DNA of 64,000 nucleotides, the filler included, from Diploschistes diacapsis (lineage: Eukaryota), in assembly GCA_023645945.1 (NCBI GenBank). It is 30 parts of 30 records of this genome, joined end to end, with 100 filler letters (N's around TTAATTAATTAA, not from the genome) between each part and the next. Parts side by side here need not be neighbours in the genome. Positions count along the whole stretch, not along the records: positions 62,678 to 64,000 come from JALAIB010003316.1; 29 more parts are not named here. The stretch is one strand, 5' to 3'. Each line of letters opens with the position of its first letter. Position 1 is the stretch's first letter. Of the stretch, positions 62,926-64,000 are shown piece by piece. A program made the translations under genes and the position numbers. The notes under the pieces were generated by a model that saw nothing but the letters and a program-made list of their open reading frames with translations, searched no databases and was not told the DNA's origin.

Positions 62926-64000
62926 TGTTTGGCAACGTAAGGGATATATTGAAGTCTAGAGGTCTTGTCCTAGGAAGTATCCTACTGTGCAGACTTTTAT
63001 CCTCTACGGTGGGCGCTAAGCCCTACTGCCCTCGCTCCCGAACCGGTCTATCCAGAATCCCAGCAGGTTCAGGAGGAAGTTTAGCTGAACTGAACTTCCT
63101 GGTTCATCTAATCTGAACCTTCTTAGATTAGGTCGGAGCCTGTTATGCCTTCTGCCTGTCCGCTTAATACTCCCTCACAAACGGAATTATCTAGCATGTC
63201 TAATTTAACTAGATCTTTTGACCTAGGCCGAGTTTCCTGTTTCGAGTAATATAATAACTTTGCACGTTATTAACGAGAAAGGATAAAAATAACCCGTTTA
63301 TCGGATAAATTGTTTTTTATTTTATTATTCTTTTTGATCGAATGCGTTCAGTATTAGTTCAACCGAACTTTCGATAATTATCGAAGAATATCGAGTAGGT
63401 TTAATAATAGATATAATTAAATTCTCGATAATTATTGAGGGTTTCGATTAGGTTCAGTAACGTAAATAACGGTACTACTAGATATCGAAGATTAACGAAG
63501 GATCGAAAAGGGTTCTAACGGCGGAGATAACGTTTCGGCTAAATTTCGAAAATTATCGAAAAATCGACTAAATTTAGTAGCAAAAATAGCGGTACTGTTA
63601 GTTATCGAAAGTTAATAAGAGATTCGATAGGGTTCAGTATTAAATTTAATTAAACTTCGATCTTTATCGGGTTCATCGAGCAGGTCTAACGGCGATAAAC
63701 TAAATATCGATAATTATCGAAAGATTCGATTAGGTCTAGTAGCGAAGGTAACGGTGCTGTTAATTGTCGAAAATTAATAAAGAAGATCGATAGAATTCAA
63801 TACTGGATTTAATTGAACTTCGATCCTTGTCGAGGAAAAAAAGGGATCGAAGGTTTTTCGTTAGTCTGACAGATAATGAATCCGGAAGCTAAGTATTTCT
63901 TATTTTAATACATCCTATATCAGCGTAATAAGATCCCGCGATCTTTTATAATAATATATTTTCTATTTTTAAATCTATTTATCCTAAAATTCTATAATTC
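62926..64000 (-). mobile_element. Copia family C 3' LTR (62926-63169), PPT and tandemly repetitive internal region
   Basis: LTR termini, PPT at 63170-63176, and recurrent TCGATAATTATCGA units. Confidence 0.8.

Overview
This is fungal DNA from a filamentous ascomycete (Pezizomycotina; Dothideomycete-like is an inference), and it is not a contiguous locus. It is a pseudomolecule of 30 contigs joined by 29 artificial 100-bp spacers (44 N + TTAATTAATTAA + 44 N). Twenty-nine contigs are about 1.38-1.39 kb, ordered by decreasing length, and most are AT-rich nests of RIP-degenerated transposons. Recognisable families are a chromodomain-bearing Ty3/gypsy, a second gypsy LTR family, a Copia LTR family, Fot1/pogo and Tc1/mariner elements and MITEs, and a non-autonomous hAT-type family. 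One 20,994-bp contig (13406-34399) is ordinary gene-rich DNA. It carries a spliced Sln1/TcsB-type hybrid histidine kinase (-), a mitochondrial class 2 dihydroorotate dehydrogenase (+), a conserved-looking 487-aa F-box-like protein, a possible orphan, a peroxisomal SCP2 protein ending in SKL, and a ~1744-aa Nup2/Nup50-type nucleoporin. The most interesting observations are a class 2 DHODH whose spliced active-site loop reads NVSCPN (Cys where class 2 enzymes have the catalytic Ser), sequence signatures of tRNA-independent self-priming in one and possibly two LTR families, an apparently pol-less miniature Copia-type element, and a RIP spectrum that spares CpG. I found no convincing wholly new multi-gene system. 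Gene neighbourhoods across spacers are artefactual.
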